This document shows positions 38,221-48,899 of a stretch of 64,000 bases of DNA, in pieces (positions within the stretch are counted from its first letter, which is position 1; every line of letters starts with the position of its first letter). The notes below the pieces were generated by a model. The model saw only the letters and a list, made by a program, of their open reading frames with translations, searched no databases and had not been told where the DNA came from. This stretch comes from an uncultured virus (IMG/VR IMGVR_UViG_3300009647_000160). Its lineage: Duplodnaviria > Heunggongvirae > Uroviricota > Caudoviricetes. The stretch lies in the IMG/VR virus record IMGVR_UViG_3300009647_000160; one strand, written 5' to 3'. The translations under genes were made by a program, and so were the position numbers.

Positions 38221-39420
38221 ATGAGCAAGATTCTCGAAATGATTGAAAAGCGTAACCAGGCGTGGGAAGGCGCGAAGGCGTTTGTGGAAAGCAAGCGCGA
38301 CAAGGACGGCCTGCTCTCTACCGAGGACGCTGCGACCTATGCTGCTATGGAGCAGAAGGTCAAGGACTACGGTGCGGAAATCGCCCGTCTGCAAGAGATG
38401 GAGGCTATGGAGCAGGAGCTCGCCAAGCCCGTAAACACTCCGCTCACCGGCAAGCCTATGAGCACCACCGAAAAGCCTGAGAAGACCGGTCGTGCTTCTG
38501 AGGCATACAAGCAGGCCATGCTGACGGCCCTGCGCACCAATTTCCGTCAGGTCAGCAATGTCCTCTCTGAGGGCGTGGATGCCAACGGCGGCTACCTCGT
38601 TCCGGAAGAGTATGACCATCGTCTCATCGACATCCTCGACGAGGAGAACGTGATGCGCAAGCTGGGCACCCGCATCACCACCTCCGGGGAGCACAAAATC
38701 AACATCGCGGCTACCAAGCCCGCAGCTGCATGGATTGAGGAAGGCGGTGCGCTGACTTTCGGTGACGCCACTTTCGACCAGATTATCCTCGATGCCCACA
38801 AGCTCCATGTGGCCATCAAGGTCACTGAGGAGCTCCTGTATGATAATGCCTTCAATCTGGAGAACTATATCATGCAGCAGTTCGGCAAGGCGCTGGCCAA
38901 TGCCGAGGAGGATGCTTTCATCAACGGCACCGGCACCGGCCAGCCTCTGGGCATCCTCGCGGCGACCGGCGGTGCGGATGTCGGTGTCACGGCTAAATCC
39001 GCCACGGCCATTACCGCCGATGAGCTCATCGACCTCATCTACTCCCTCAAGCGCCCCTATCGCAAGAGCGCTGCCTTCCTCCTGAATGACCAGACCCTCG
39101 CTGCTATCCGCAAGCTGAAGGACAACTACGGTCAGTATCTGTGGCAGCCCTCTCTGCAGGCCGGAGAGCCTGACCGTATCCTCGGCTATGCCGCCTATAC
39201 GTCTCCCTATTTCCCGGCAGTGGCCGCTGGCAAGCCTGCGGTCGCTTTCGGCGATTTCAGCTACTACAACATCGGCGACCGTGGCACCCGCTCCTTCGCT
39301 GAGCTCAAGGAGCTCTTTGCAGGAAACGGCATGGTCGGCTTTGTCGCCAAGGAGCGCGTGGATGGCAAGCTCGTCCTGCCGGAAGCTGTGAAGCTCCTGA
39401 AGATGAAGGCCGGTTCCTGA
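38221..39420 (+). CDS. HK97-fold major capsid protein
   Basis: GGYLVPEE, AWIEEG, FGDFSYY, RVDGK. Confidence 0.93.
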   Translation: MSKILEMIEKRNQAWEGAKAFVESKRDKDGLLSTEDAATYAAMEQKVKDYGAEIARLQEMEAMEQELAKPVNTPLTGKPMSTTEKPEKTGRASEAYKQAMLTALRTNFRQVSNVLSEGVDANGGYLVPEEYDHRLIDILDEENVMRKLGTRITTSGEHKINIAATKPAAAWIEEGGALTFGDATFDQIILDAHKLHVAIKVTEELLYDNAFNLENYIMQQFGKALANAEEDAFINGTGTGQPLGILAATGGADVGVTAKSATAITADELIDLIYSLKRPYRKSAAFLLNDQTLAAIRKLKDNYGQYLWQPSLQAGEPDRILGYAAYTSPYFPAVAAGKPAVAFGDFSYYNIGDRGTRSFAELKELFAGNGMVGFVAKERVDGKLVLPEAVKLLKMKAGS

Positions 39421-39480
39421 TTCTCTTCTGCGGCAGCATCGTAATCCTGCGGTGCTGCCGCTCTCTTGGAGGTGAAGCAC

Positions 39481-39759
39481 ATGATTGTAACTTTGGATGA
39501 GATGAAACAGTATCTGCGCGTGGACTATCCGGATGATGACGGTATCCTGACGGAATTGCTCTCTGCCGCCCAAAAGCTCTGCATGGATGTGGCCCGCACA
39601 GATGATGCCATTGCATTTGCCGAGGCTGAAAACGCCAAGGTCGCCGTCATGTATGCTGCAGCCTATCTGTATGAGCACCGGGAGGAAGCTGACCACCATG
39701 CACTGACCCTGACCCTTCGCTCTCTTCTCTTTGCTTCCAGAGAGGAGGCCAGCTTCTAA
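39481..39759 (+). CDS. Head-tail connector (gp6-like)
   Basis: LDEMKQYLRVD..DDD, YLYEHRE. Confidence 0.85.
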   Translation: MIVTLDEMKQYLRVDYPDDDGILTELLSAAQKLCMDVARTDDAIAFAEAENAKVAVMYAAAYLYEHREEADHHALTLTLRSLLFASREEASF

Positions 39760-40091
39760 TGGACGTTGCACTCCTGAACCAGCGCATCGTGTTCCAGAAG
39801 AATGCCGTCATAACGGATTCCATCGGGAACCACAAGAACAGCTGGATAGATTACTATAGCTGCGCTGCCACCATTGGCGGCGAAAGCGGCAAGGAAACAT
39901 CTGTGGCCGGAACGACCGTAGAAAACACCGACATCACCTTTACCGTTCGCTTCTGCGCTGCGGTGGATGCCATCACCGAGGACGGCTTTCGGATTTCCTT
40001 CCGGGATGCGCTCTACAACATTACGGGCATCGACCACATGAACTACAAACGCAAAAGCGTAAAGTTCCGGTGCCAGAAAGTGAGGCGGTGA
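39759..40091 (+). CDS. Head closure / head-tail adaptor
   Basis: LNQRIVFQ...FTVR...YNI; position in the neck module. Confidence 0.8.
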   Translation: MDVALLNQRIVFQKNAVITDSIGNHKNSWIDYYSCAATIGGESGKETSVAGTTVENTDITFTVRFCAAVDAITEDGFRISFRDALYNITGIDHMNYKRKSVKFRCQKVRR

Positions 40092-40093
40092 CG

Positions 40094-40477
40094 ATGGGCA
40101 CGAAGGTTTCTATCGACGGCCTCGCCGATGCCGTGATGCAGGGCCTCAACGAGTATCAGGCACTGACGAACGAAGGCGTAAAGGCGGCTGTGAAGAAGGC
40201 TGGAGATACCGTCAAAAAGCAGATTCAAGCCTCTGCGCCGAAACGTACCGGCGCTTATGGCAGGAGCTGGACAGTCAAGACCACGCGGGAGTCCAGCCAT
40301 GCGCTGGAGGTCACTGTGCATTCCCGGAACCGCTATCAGCTGGCCCATCTGCTGGAGTTCGGTCATGCCAAGCGCGGCGGTGGTCGCGTATCCGGTCGTG
40401 CGCATATCGCACCAGCTGAGCAGGCCGGTATCGAGCAGCTGGAGAAAGATATCGAGAGGTGTATCAGAAATGGATAG
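40094..40477 (+). CDS. HK97 gp10-family neck protein
   Basis: APKRTG, HLLEFGH, HIAPA. Confidence 0.82.
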   Translation: MGTKVSIDGLADAVMQGLNEYQALTNEGVKAAVKKAGDTVKKQIQASAPKRTGAYGRSWTVKTTRESSHALEVTVHSRNRYQLAHLLEFGHAKRGGGRVSGRAHIAPAEQAGIEQLEKDIERCIRNG

Positions 40478-40787
40478 GATTTTGGATATCCTGCAGGCGC
40501 TCGGCATCCCCTTTGCCTATGACCATTTTGCAGAGGGAGAATCTCCTGAGCCGCCTTTCATCTGTTACCTGCTCCCGGCCAGCGATAATTTTGCCGCCGA
40601 TGGGCAGGTTTATTTCAAAGCGACGGAAGTCCACATCGAGCTCTACACCGATATCAAGGATGTGGGGCTTGAGGCGAGTGTCGAATCTGTGCTTGATGAG
40701 CGCAGCATTTTTTATGACAAAAGCGAGGTCTGGATAGAGAGTGAACGTCTCTACGAAGTCCTCTACTCATTTGAAATGGAGGTTTGA
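40470..40787 (+). CDS. Tail terminator-like protein
   Basis: PPFICY...ADG.VY...IELYT; position. Confidence 0.7.
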   Translation: MDRILDILQALGIPFAYDHFAEGESPEPPFICYLLPASDNFAADGQVYFKATEVHIELYTDIKDVGLEASVESVLDERSIFYDKSEVWIESERLYEVLYSFEMEV

Positions 40788-40790
40788 GTC

Positions 40791-41435
40791 ATGGGTAATA
40801 AAGTCAAATACAACCTGAAAAACGTTCATGCCGCTAAGCTCACGGAGACCGTGTCCAAAGGCGTCACCACCTACACCTACGCGACCCCGCAGGCCATCCC
40901 CGGCGCGGTCAGCATCTCGCTGGATGCAGAGGGCGATTCTTCTCCGTTCTATGCCGATGGCATCGTGTATTTCCGCTCCACTGCCAACAACGGCTATTCC
41001 GGCGACCTGGAAATCGCCCTCATCCCGGAGTGGTTCCGCACGGAAATCCTGAAGGAGACCTTGGACAGCCACGGTGTGCTGGTGGAGCGCTCCGACATCA
41101 CTGAAACGGCGAAGTTCGCATTGCTCTTTGAGTTCGACGGCGATGTCCGCTGTATCCGCCATGTCCTTTATAACTGCTCCGCGTCCCGTCCGTCCATTGA
41201 ATCCGAGACCAAGGAGGACACCATCGAGCCGGGTACGGAAACGCTGTCTCTGACGGCAGACCCGCGCAGCGACGGACTGGTGAAATCCCGTACCGGGGAC
41301 AACACGGAGGATGCGACCTATCAGAATTGGTACAGCGCGGTCTACATTCCGGAGGAAGCTGACCTCGACCCGGAAAGGCTCTCTATCGGAGATGTTTCCA
41401 TCCCGCCCGACCCGAACAAGGGCGAGACTGCGTAA
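40791..41435 (+). CDS. Major tail protein
   Basis: NKVKYNLKNVH, FYADG, FALLFEFDGD. Confidence 0.88.
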   Translation: MGNKVKYNLKNVHAAKLTETVSKGVTTYTYATPQAIPGAVSISLDAEGDSSPFYADGIVYFRSTANNGYSGDLEIALIPEWFRTEILKETLDSHGVLVERSDITETAKFALLFEFDGDVRCIRHVLYNCSASRPSIESETKEDTIEPGTETLSLTADPRSDGLVKSRTGDNTEDATYQNWYSAVYIPEEADLDPERLSIGDVSIPPDPNKGETA

Positions 41436-41448
41436 GGAGGGCTGAACC

Positions 41449-41826
41449 ATGCTTGAGAAAACTGTCAATATCAGCGGCAAGGAGGTCAAGTTCCGCTCTT
41501 CGGCCTCCGTGCCGCGCCTTTATCGCATCAAGTTCAAGCGGGACATCTTCAAAGACCTGTCCAAGCTGGAGAAATCCTATAAAGACCGTGGCGGCGAAGA
41601 TGGCTCCACACTGGAAATCGACGACCTGGAGATTTTCGAGAATGTGGCCTATATCATGGCTTTTCATGCTGACCCCACCATCCCCGGCACAATCGATGAG
41701 TGGCTGGAGCAGTTTGAGATGTTCTCCATCTATCAGGTGCTGCCGGAAATCCTCGAACTCTGGGGCACCAATCTGGTCACGGATGTGGAGTCTAAAAAAA
41801 ACTTAGCCAGAGTAGCCGGGAACTGA
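41449..41826 (+). CDS. Tail assembly chaperone (short form)
   Basis: Between the major tail and tape measure genes; slippery A AAA AAC near the end. Confidence 0.8.
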   Translation: MLEKTVNISGKEVKFRSSASVPRLYRIKFKRDIFKDLSKLEKSYKDRGGEDGSTLEIDDLEIFENVAYIMAFHADPTIPGTIDEWLEQFEMFSIYQVLPEILELWGTNLVTDVESKKNLARVAGN

Positions 41827-41987
41827 CCACTCCGCTATTCCTCCTGCGATGCGTAGAGCTCGGTGTTTCCATCGCCGACCTCGACCTGCTCACGATTGGC
41901 CTCGTGTTGGATATGTGGACGGAGAAAGGCAACGACAGCGTGAAATACCAGAAGGTCGCTGGGCAGGAGGAATTTGACCGGTTCTAA
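41449..41987 (+). CDS. Tail assembly chaperone, -1 frameshift-extended form
   Basis: The -1 frame from 41799 is open (KLSQSSRELTTPLFLLRC...QEEFDRF) to TAA at 41987. Confidence 0.7.
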
Positions 41988-42005
41988 GGAAGGAGGGTCA
42001 CCACC

Positions 42006-44990
42006 GTGGCAAGTCGCATCAAAGGCATCACTGTCGAAATCGGCGGTGATACCACCGGCCTTGACAAGGCACTAAAGTCGGTCAATACGACCATCAAAAA
42101 CACACAGTCCTCCCTGAAGGACGTCAACAAGCTCCTGAAGCTCGACCCGTCCAACACGGAGCTCCTGTCCCAAAAACAGAAGCTCCTGAAGGACGCCATC
42201 GGCGCGACCAAGGAGAAGCTGGATTCCCTGAAGGCCGCGCAGGAGCAGGCCAAGGCCCAGCTGGAGAGCGGCGACCTGGGGCAGGATAAATACGACGCTC
42301 TGCAGCGGGAAATCATCGAGACCGAGGAGGAGCTCAAGCGCCTGCAGGAGCAGGCTGCCACCACCAGCACCAGCCTCGCCAAGATTGACGAGGTCGGTCA
42401 GAAGATGGAATCCGTCGGCAACAGCATCGCCGGAGCCGGAAAATCCATGATGCCGCTGACGCTGGCCATTGGCGGTGTCGGAACTGCCGCTGTGAAGACC
42501 GCAGCAGATTTCGATGCCGGGATGAGCCAGGTCGCGGCCATCTCCGGAGCCACCGGGGACGATTTGGAGGCTCTGCGGGATAAAGCCCGCGAGATGGGTT
42601 CCAAGACCAAGTTCTCCGCATCCGAGGCTGCTTCCGCTATGGAGTACATGGCGATGGCCGGTTGGAAGACCGGAGATATGCTGGGCGGCATCGAGGGCAT
42701 CATGAACCTCGCAGCTGCTTCCGGCGAAGACCTCGCTACCACATCAGACATCGTCACAGATGCGCTGACCGCCTTCGGTCTTTCCGCTGAGGACTCCGGG
42801 CACTTTGCAGACATCCTTGCGGCGGCCTCCAGCAATGCCAACACCAACGTCTCCATGATGGGCGAGACCTTCAAATACTGTGCGCCCATCGCCGGTGCGC
42901 TCGGCTTCTCCGCTGAGGACACCGCCGAGGCAATCGGCCTGATGGCCAATGCCGGTATCAAGTCCACGCAGGCCGGTACCGCGCTTCGTACCATCATGAA
43001 CAATCTGACCGGAGAAGTAAAGATTTCCGGTAAAGCCATCGGAGACGTCACCATCGCCACTACCAATGCGGACGGCTCCATGCGCGACCTCTCCGATATC
43101 CTCGCCGATTGCCGCACCGCGTTCTCCGGCCTGTCTGAATCTGAGAAGGCGCAGGCTGCAGAGACCCTTGTGGGCAAGAACGCCATGTCCGGCTTCCTCG
43201 CTCTGATGAACGCGGCCCCGGAGGATATCGACAAGCTCTCCAATGCCATCGACAACTGCGACGGCACTGCAGAATCTATGGCAGCGACCATGCAGGACAA
43301 CCTTGCCGGTCAGCTGACCATCCTGAAATCTCAGCTGGAGGAGCTCGCCATCTCCTTTGGTGAAATCCTGATGCCTGCCATCCGGAGCATCGTCAGCCAT
43401 ATTCAGGGCTTTATCGATAAGCTCAACGGCATGGATGAAAGCCAGAAAAAAGCCATCATCACCATTGGCCTTGTTGTTGCCGCCATTGGCCCGCTCCTTG
43501 TTATCATCGGCACGGTCATCTCCAAAATCGGTGTGGCCATGCAAGGCTTCGTGAAGCTGGCCGGTGCGTTCAATAAGATAAAGGCCGCTGCCAGTGCTGG
43601 TACTGGCATTTTCGGAAAGCTGGGTGCTGCCATTGGCGGCGTCTCTGCGCCGGTTCTGGCAGTAGTTGCCGTGATTGCCGTCCTCGTGGCGGCATTTGTG
43701 CATCTGTGGAATACCAACGAGGGCTTCCGGGAGGCCATCCTTGGAACATGGGAGAAGATAAAGACCACTGTGTCGAACTTTGTCGAAGGCATCCGGGAGC
43801 GGCTGGCTGCCCTTGGCATCAGCTTTTCCGACATCGCCGAGACAATAAAAGCCATCTGGAATGGCCTGTGCGCTGTACTGGCTCCTATCTTTGAAGGAGC
43901 CTTTAATGCCATTGCCAATGTCCTTCAGACGGTGCTTGGCGTTATCACCGGCATCCTTGATGTGTTCATCGGCCTGTTCACGGGGAATTGGGAGCAGGTC
44001 TGGACAGGCGTGAAGGAGATATTCTCCTCTATCTGGGAGGGCATCAAGGGCGCATTCCAGAACGCCATCGACACTATTCGCGGCATCGCGGATGCTGTGC
44101 TCGGCTGGTTCGGTACCAGATGGAATGACGTGTGGTCGAGCGTGAAAGCCTTCTTCGAGGGGATTTGGAACGGCATCGCGTCCTTCTTCTTCGGCATCTG
44201 GAACGGCATCCTGAACACCGTGACCACCGTGGTGAACACCATCAAATCTGTCATCACAACGGTCTGGAATGCCATAAAGACTACCATCACCACCGTTCTG
44301 AACGGCATCAAGACTACGGTCACTTCCGTATGGAACGCCATCAAGAGCACCGTGACCTCTGTGCTGGATGGCATCAAATCCACCTTCAGCAGTGTCTGGA
44401 ACGGGATAAAATCCACGATTTCCTCTGTGGTGGAGGGCATCAAGAGCACCGTAAGCTCTGCCTTCAATGCTGTGAAGAGCACGGCGACCAGCATTTGGAA
44501 CAGTATCAAGACCGCCATCGAAACGCCTATCAATGCCGCCAGAGATGCCGTGAAGGGTGCCATCGATAAAATCAAATCTTTCTTCAATTTCTCTTGGAGC
44601 CTGCCCAAGCTGAAGCTGCCGCACCTCTCGATTACCGGGTCTTTCTCCATCGCACCTCCATCTGTACCGCATTTCTCCATTAGCTGGTACAAGAAGGGCG
44701 GCATCATGACGAGCCCGACGCTTTTCGGCATCAACGGCTCCAGCCTTATGGCGGGTGGCGAGGCAGGCCCGGAGGCGATTCTGCCTTTGAAGGGCTTCTA
44801 TGACCAGCTGTCGGCTCTGCTCGACCAGAAGCTCAACACCAGCGGCATGGAGAAGTATCTCGCCATCATTGCAGATAACAGCTCCAAGGGCATCTACCTG
44901 GAGGACGGCACCCTCGTGGGGCATCTGCTACCGGCAATCGACAGCGGCCTTGGCAAGGCGCAGAAATTGAACAGGAGGCTGAGCTATTGA
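42006..44990 (+). CDS. Tape measure protein (TP901 family)
   Basis: RIKGITVEIGGDT, Ala-rich core, periodic W/F repeats, GGEAGPEAILPL. Confidence 0.93.
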   Translation: MASRIKGITVEIGGDTTGLDKALKSVNTTIKNTQSSLKDVNKLLKLDPSNTELLSQKQKLLKDAIGATKEKLDSLKAAQEQAKAQLESGDLGQDKYDALQREIIETEEELKRLQEQAATTSTSLAKIDEVGQKMESVGNSIAGAGKSMMPLTLAIGGVGTAAVKTAADFDAGMSQVAAISGATGDDLEALRDKAREMGSKTKFSASEAASAMEYMAMAGWKTGDMLGGIEGIMNLAAASGEDLATTSDIVTDALTAFGLSAEDSGHFADILAAASSNANTNVSMMGETFKYCAPIAGALGFSAEDTAEAIGLMANAGIKSTQAGTALRTIMNNLTGEVKISGKAIGDVTIATTNADGSMRDLSDILADCRTAFSGLSESEKAQAAETLVGKNAMSGFLALMNAAPEDIDKLSNAIDNCDGTAESMAATMQDNLAGQLTILKSQLEELAISFGEILMPAIRSIVSHIQGFIDKLNGMDESQKKAIITIGLVVAAIGPLLVIIGTVISKIGVAMQGFVKLAGAFNKIKAAASAGTGIFGKLGAAIGGVSAPVLAVVAVIAVLVAAFVHLWNTNEGFREAILGTWEKIKTTVSNFVEGIRERLAALGISFSDIAETIKAIWNGLCAVLAPIFEGAFNAIANVLQTVLGVITGILDVFIGLFTGNWEQVWTGVKEIFSSIWEGIKGAFQNAIDTIRGIADAVLGWFGTRWNDVWSSVKAFFEGIWNGIASFFFGIWNGILNTVTTVVNTIKSVITTVWNAIKTTITTVLNGIKTTVTSVWNAIKSTVTSVLDGIKSTFSSVWNGIKSTISSVVEGIKSTVSSAFNAVKSTATSIWNSIKTAIETPINAARDAVKGAIDKIKSFFNFSWSLPKLKLPHLSITGSFSIAPPSVPHFSISWYKKGGIMTSPTLFGINGSSLMAGGEAGPEAILPLKGFYDQLSALLDQKLNTSGMEKYLAIIADNSSKGIYLEDGTLVGHLLPAIDSGLGKAQKLNRRLSY

Positions 44991-45637
44991 AACCTGATAT
45001 CCTAATAGATTCTGTCTCCATGAATGCTCTGGGCTGGCTTCGGGAGACAGTCAATTTTCCAACTCCGCAAAGCCAGTCCGACACCGTCATCGTTCCGGGC
45101 AGGAATTCGCCCATCCGCTTCACCGAGGCGCTGGGCCGGGTGTCCTACCAACCGCGCTCCTTTGAACTGACATTTTCCATGCTCGGCACCCGTGCTGCCT
45201 TCAACCAGATGGTCAATGAGATTGCAAACCGCTTCTCAGGCCATCTGGTACAGGTCATCTGCAGCGAGGAACCGGAGCTTTTTATTGTCGGGACTGTGGA
45301 AGCCGCTCCGACTTACGACCCTCTGACAGCAAAAGGCCAGCTGGTGCTTTCCTGCACAGATGGAGACGCCTATCGATACCACGTGTCCGAAACTGTGGTC
45401 ACGATTTCCGGTTCGGGCACAGTCGCGCTGGAAAATGACTATATGCCGGTCGTGCCGACCATTACTACAACGGCTGAGACTACCCTGAACTGGCAGGTCG
45501 GCGGTGACACCTTCCGAAAAACAGTCAGCGCAGGCGTCTGGGAGTTCCCGGAGCTGGAGCTCTTGCAGGGGACGAACACGGTGAGCGTATCCGGCACCGG
45601 TACCACGACATTCCGCTACCGGGAGGGATGTCTATGA
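44987..45637 (+). CDS. Distal tail protein
   Basis: Follows the tape measure gene; VPGRN, L..GTN.V. Confidence 0.75.
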   Translation: MKPDILIDSVSMNALGWLRETVNFPTPQSQSDTVIVPGRNSPIRFTEALGRVSYQPRSFELTFSMLGTRAAFNQMVNEIANRFSGHLVQVICSEEPELFIVGTVEAAPTYDPLTAKGQLVLSCTDGDAYRYHVSETVVTISGSGTVALENDYMPVVPTITTTAETTLNWQVGGDTFRKTVSAGVWEFPELELLQGTNTVSVSGTGTTTFRYREGCL

Positions 45638-47070
45638 GCCTGTTTCGTGTATTTGTGGACGGCGCGGTGTTCTATCACCCCAGCCTCTCCAAGCTGGCCA
45701 TCACGGAGGCGAGGATTTCTGAGGATGCCGAGAGCATTGACAGCCTGACTTTATCCGCTCCCCATAATCATCCGTACCTTACCAGTATCAAGCCAATGCA
45801 GTCGGTCATCGTCTGCAAGAAAAATGATGAGACGGTCTTCGAGGGCCGCGCTCTGGACGACGGCTCCGATTTTTACAACACCCATACCTGGACATGCGAG
45901 TCCTGCCTTGCCTATCTGAAGGACACCGTGCAGCCGCCTTATTCCTATAAGGGGACGCTGCGTGGACTGCTGGAGTATTTCATCTCTGTTCACAATGGAG
46001 CCGTAGAGGATAAGAAGAAGTTCACGGTCGGCAATGTGACGGTGACAGATGACAACGACTATATCTCCTACAGCAGTTCCGGCTTCACTGTCACTCTGGA
46101 TGCCATCCGGGACAAGCTCATCAAGACCCACGGCGGGTATCTGCGGGTGCGCTATACCGACAACGGAAAAGTGCTCGATTACCTTGCAGACTTCAGCACG
46201 CACTCCCTGCAAACGGTGGAGTTCGGCAAAAACCTGCTGGATGTAAAAATCAGCCGCGACCACACAGAACGGGCCTCCGCGCTCATCCCTCTGGGTGCCC
46301 TGATAAAAGAAACAGATGCAGAAGGTCAGGAGATGGAGACCAACCGGCGCGTGGATATCACCTCCGTCAACGACGGGAAGAACTACGTCTGTGACGAGGA
46401 TGCTGTTTCCGAAATCGGCTGGATTTGGACGAGCGAGATTTGGGAGGATGTGACCCTGCCCGGAAATCTGCTCCGTAAGGCAAAAGCCCGGATGCAGGAG
46501 CTGGCCAAAGGCGTCACCAGCATGGAGCTCACCATTGTGGATGAGTCGGATGCCGGTGCGGACATTGGGGACATTCGGGCGCGGATGTATGTCCGCTGTA
46601 TATCCAAGCTCCACGGCATTGACGGCACTTACCTCTGCCTCAGCCGGACAGTGGATTATCTGAATCCTGCGGGCAACACCATCACGATTGGTGCCAGCGG
46701 CATCACACTTTCTTCAGCGTCTGCAAGGCAAGACCAGAATATCAGCGACTTGTCTGATGAGCTCGTCGGTGTGACCGGTGAGATTAAGACCATCAACGAA
46801 CAGAAGATGTACCGCACCGAGACCTATGTGGACGGCGTGAACATCTTCCGGGACAAGGGCCAGCACAGCATCCTGCGCTGCCGCGTGTTTTCATGGGATA
46901 AGGAAATCACAGAGCTGCTGGATGCTTCCTCATTCGTCTGGCACAGGAATTCCGGCGATGAGGCGGCAGACGCAGATTGGGATGCGTCCCATGTCGGCAT
47001 GAAATACATCACAGTCACCACCGAGGATGTTCAGGACAACGCATCCTTTTACTGTGAAATCACCATATAG
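45634..47070 (+). CDS. Tail tip / Tal-like protein
   Basis: VFEGR, GGYLRVR, EFGKNLLD; position. Confidence 0.75.
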   Translation: MSLFRVFVDGAVFYHPSLSKLAITEARISEDAESIDSLTLSAPHNHPYLTSIKPMQSVIVCKKNDETVFEGRALDDGSDFYNTHTWTCESCLAYLKDTVQPPYSYKGTLRGLLEYFISVHNGAVEDKKKFTVGNVTVTDDNDYISYSSSGFTVTLDAIRDKLIKTHGGYLRVRYTDNGKVLDYLADFSTHSLQTVEFGKNLLDVKISRDHTERASALIPLGALIKETDAEGQEMETNRRVDITSVNDGKNYVCDEDAVSEIGWIWTSEIWEDVTLPGNLLRKAKARMQELAKGVTSMELTIVDESDAGADIGDIRARMYVRCISKLHGIDGTYLCLSRTVDYLNPAGNTITIGASGITLSSASARQDQNISDLSDELVGVTGEIKTINEQKMYRTETYVDGVNIFRDKGQHSILRCRVFSWDKEITELLDASSFVWHRNSGDEAADADWDASHVGMKYITVTTEDVQDNASFYCEITI

Positions 47071-47081
47071 GAGGACATCGA

Positions 47082-48887
47082 ATGCCTACGATTCTGACTT
47101 CCAGCCAGCAGACGTTCGTAGATATCACAGACCAGCGGAAGCTCTCCGCCTATATCACTTCCAATCTGCCGAAGACGCAGAGCGAAGACCCGAACGTGCT
47201 GCCGCACACCTATGCGCCCAGCTGGGCCACGACCCATCTTGTCCTGACTCCGGTCATCTTTCTCGACCAGACCTCCATCGCTTTGGATGCTACGGGCCTG
47301 ACCATCTTGTGGAAGCGAAAGGACGGAGCCAGCGCCGAGACTGCTCTGACCACCGGTGAAGCAGCTTCTGCCGGTATCCTGACGGTCAGCCAGAACAAGC
47401 TGGCCGCTTCCGGCTCCGGCATGATTACCTACATCTGCTATATCAGCTACTACGATTCCGAGACAAAGAACACGGTCAACATCTCCGCTGACATCACCTA
47501 CACGCTGGTGAAGAATGCGGAAAATGCCCGCCTTGCCTATGTCACCTCGGATACCTACGTTTTCAAATACAATACCGAAGGCACCATCGTCGGCGCTACC
47601 CAAGCTACGCTGACCGGCCAGGTGCAGGCCGTCACCATCAGCAAGTGGCAGTACAAGAACAGCTCCGGCAATTGGGCTGATTATCCCACCACCTCTGACA
47701 ACACCAGCATTACCGGTGGTACCCTTGTCGTAAAGCCTTCTCACGCAGTCTTTACGAACAACGTAGCGCAAATCAAGCTCCTGACCAACGATTCTGACGT
47801 CTATGACACCGTGACCATCACGAAAATCTACGATGGAGCCAAGGGCGAATCCGGTGGCTCCGGCCCCGGTGGATTGTCCGTCGTAGTCGGGAACGAGGCA
47901 CAGGTAATCGCCTGCGCTTCTGACGGCACGGTTTCCGCTGCCACCAACGTCACCATCCCGTTTACCGCCTTTCGCGGCATCGAGCAAGTGGCCTGTACCT
48001 GTGAGGTCGGAACCATGGCCACGGGCATCACGGTGAAAAGCAATACTCCGGCCACGGCTACAGCCGCAGGCTCGGTGGTGCTCACGTTCGCCAAGAGCGC
48101 GAACCTTGGCGGCACTTCTGTTCTCACTGGCATAGTACCGCTCACGTTCACTGTTGATGGGATTACGGTCACGAAGAACTTCACATGGACAAAGGGCAAG
48201 GCTGGAGCTACTGGCACGGCTGCGGTCGTCTTTTCGATTTACGCACCGAATGGAACCATCGTGCAAAACCAGAGCGGCTCTCTGCTGCTGGCGACCTCGG
48301 CCTATTCCGGTGCGACTGCCATCACCACCGGCACCTACCAATGGGCGAAGTACACCGGAGGCGAGTGGGTCAACATCAGCGGAGCCACAGAAGCGACTCT
48401 GACTGTATCCGGCTCGGAAATCGTAAACATCCAGTCCTACCGTTGCACGATGACCTACAGCAGCAAAAACTATGTGGATGTCATCACGGTAGAGGACAAA
48501 TCCGACCCGTATGTGTCCGAAATGCTCTCCATCGGTGGCTTCACGGTCAAGAACAACCTCGGCGGTCTGGTGCCCTATGTCATCGTCCGTACCAACCAGC
48601 GGGAGGTCGACCCGCTCCTGGGCAATATTTCCGAGACTGCGCCATCTTCTCCGACCAGCGGCGATTTCTGGTATCAGGTCGACCACACGGCAAAGACCGT
48701 CACGCTGATGAAGTACAACGGCTCGGCGTGGAAATCGGCCACAGAGTCACAGAAGCTGACCTATACCTGGTATGCACAGGATAAGGACGGCAACGCGGTG
48801 GCCTTCGATAAGAGTGGAAAAGTCATTTATCTCTCCGCTGCCGACATCGACAGCCTGATGACGCTGCAGTGTGACGTTTCCAACTGA
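47082..48887 (+). CDS. Minor tail / baseplate protein
   Basis: Thr/Ser-rich beta-type sequence within the tail module. Confidence 0.65.
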   Translation: MPTILTSSQQTFVDITDQRKLSAYITSNLPKTQSEDPNVLPHTYAPSWATTHLVLTPVIFLDQTSIALDATGLTILWKRKDGASAETALTTGEAASAGILTVSQNKLAASGSGMITYICYISYYDSETKNTVNISADITYTLVKNAENARLAYVTSDTYVFKYNTEGTIVGATQATLTGQVQAVTISKWQYKNSSGNWADYPTTSDNTSITGGTLVVKPSHAVFTNNVAQIKLLTNDSDVYDTVTITKIYDGAKGESGGSGPGGLSVVVGNEAQVIACASDGTVSAATNVTIPFTAFRGIEQVACTCEVGTMATGITVKSNTPATATAAGSVVLTFAKSANLGGTSVLTGIVPLTFTVDGITVTKNFTWTKGKAGATGTAAVVFSIYAPNGTIVQNQSGSLLLATSAYSGATAITTGTYQWAKYTGGEWVNISGATEATLTVSGSEIVNIQSYRCTMTYSSKNYVDVITVEDKSDPYVSEMLSIGGFTVKNNLGGLVPYVIVRTNQREVDPLLGNISETAPSSPTSGDFWYQVDHTAKTVTLMKYNGSAWKSATESQKLTYTWYAQDKDGNAVAFDKSGKVIYLSAADIDSLMTLQCDVSN

Positions 48888-48899
48888 GGAGGTGGTCTC

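Noticed and set aside
44100..44520. Periodic repeats in the tape measure gene
   Set aside because: Normal amino-acid periodicity of tape measure proteins, not a DNA array
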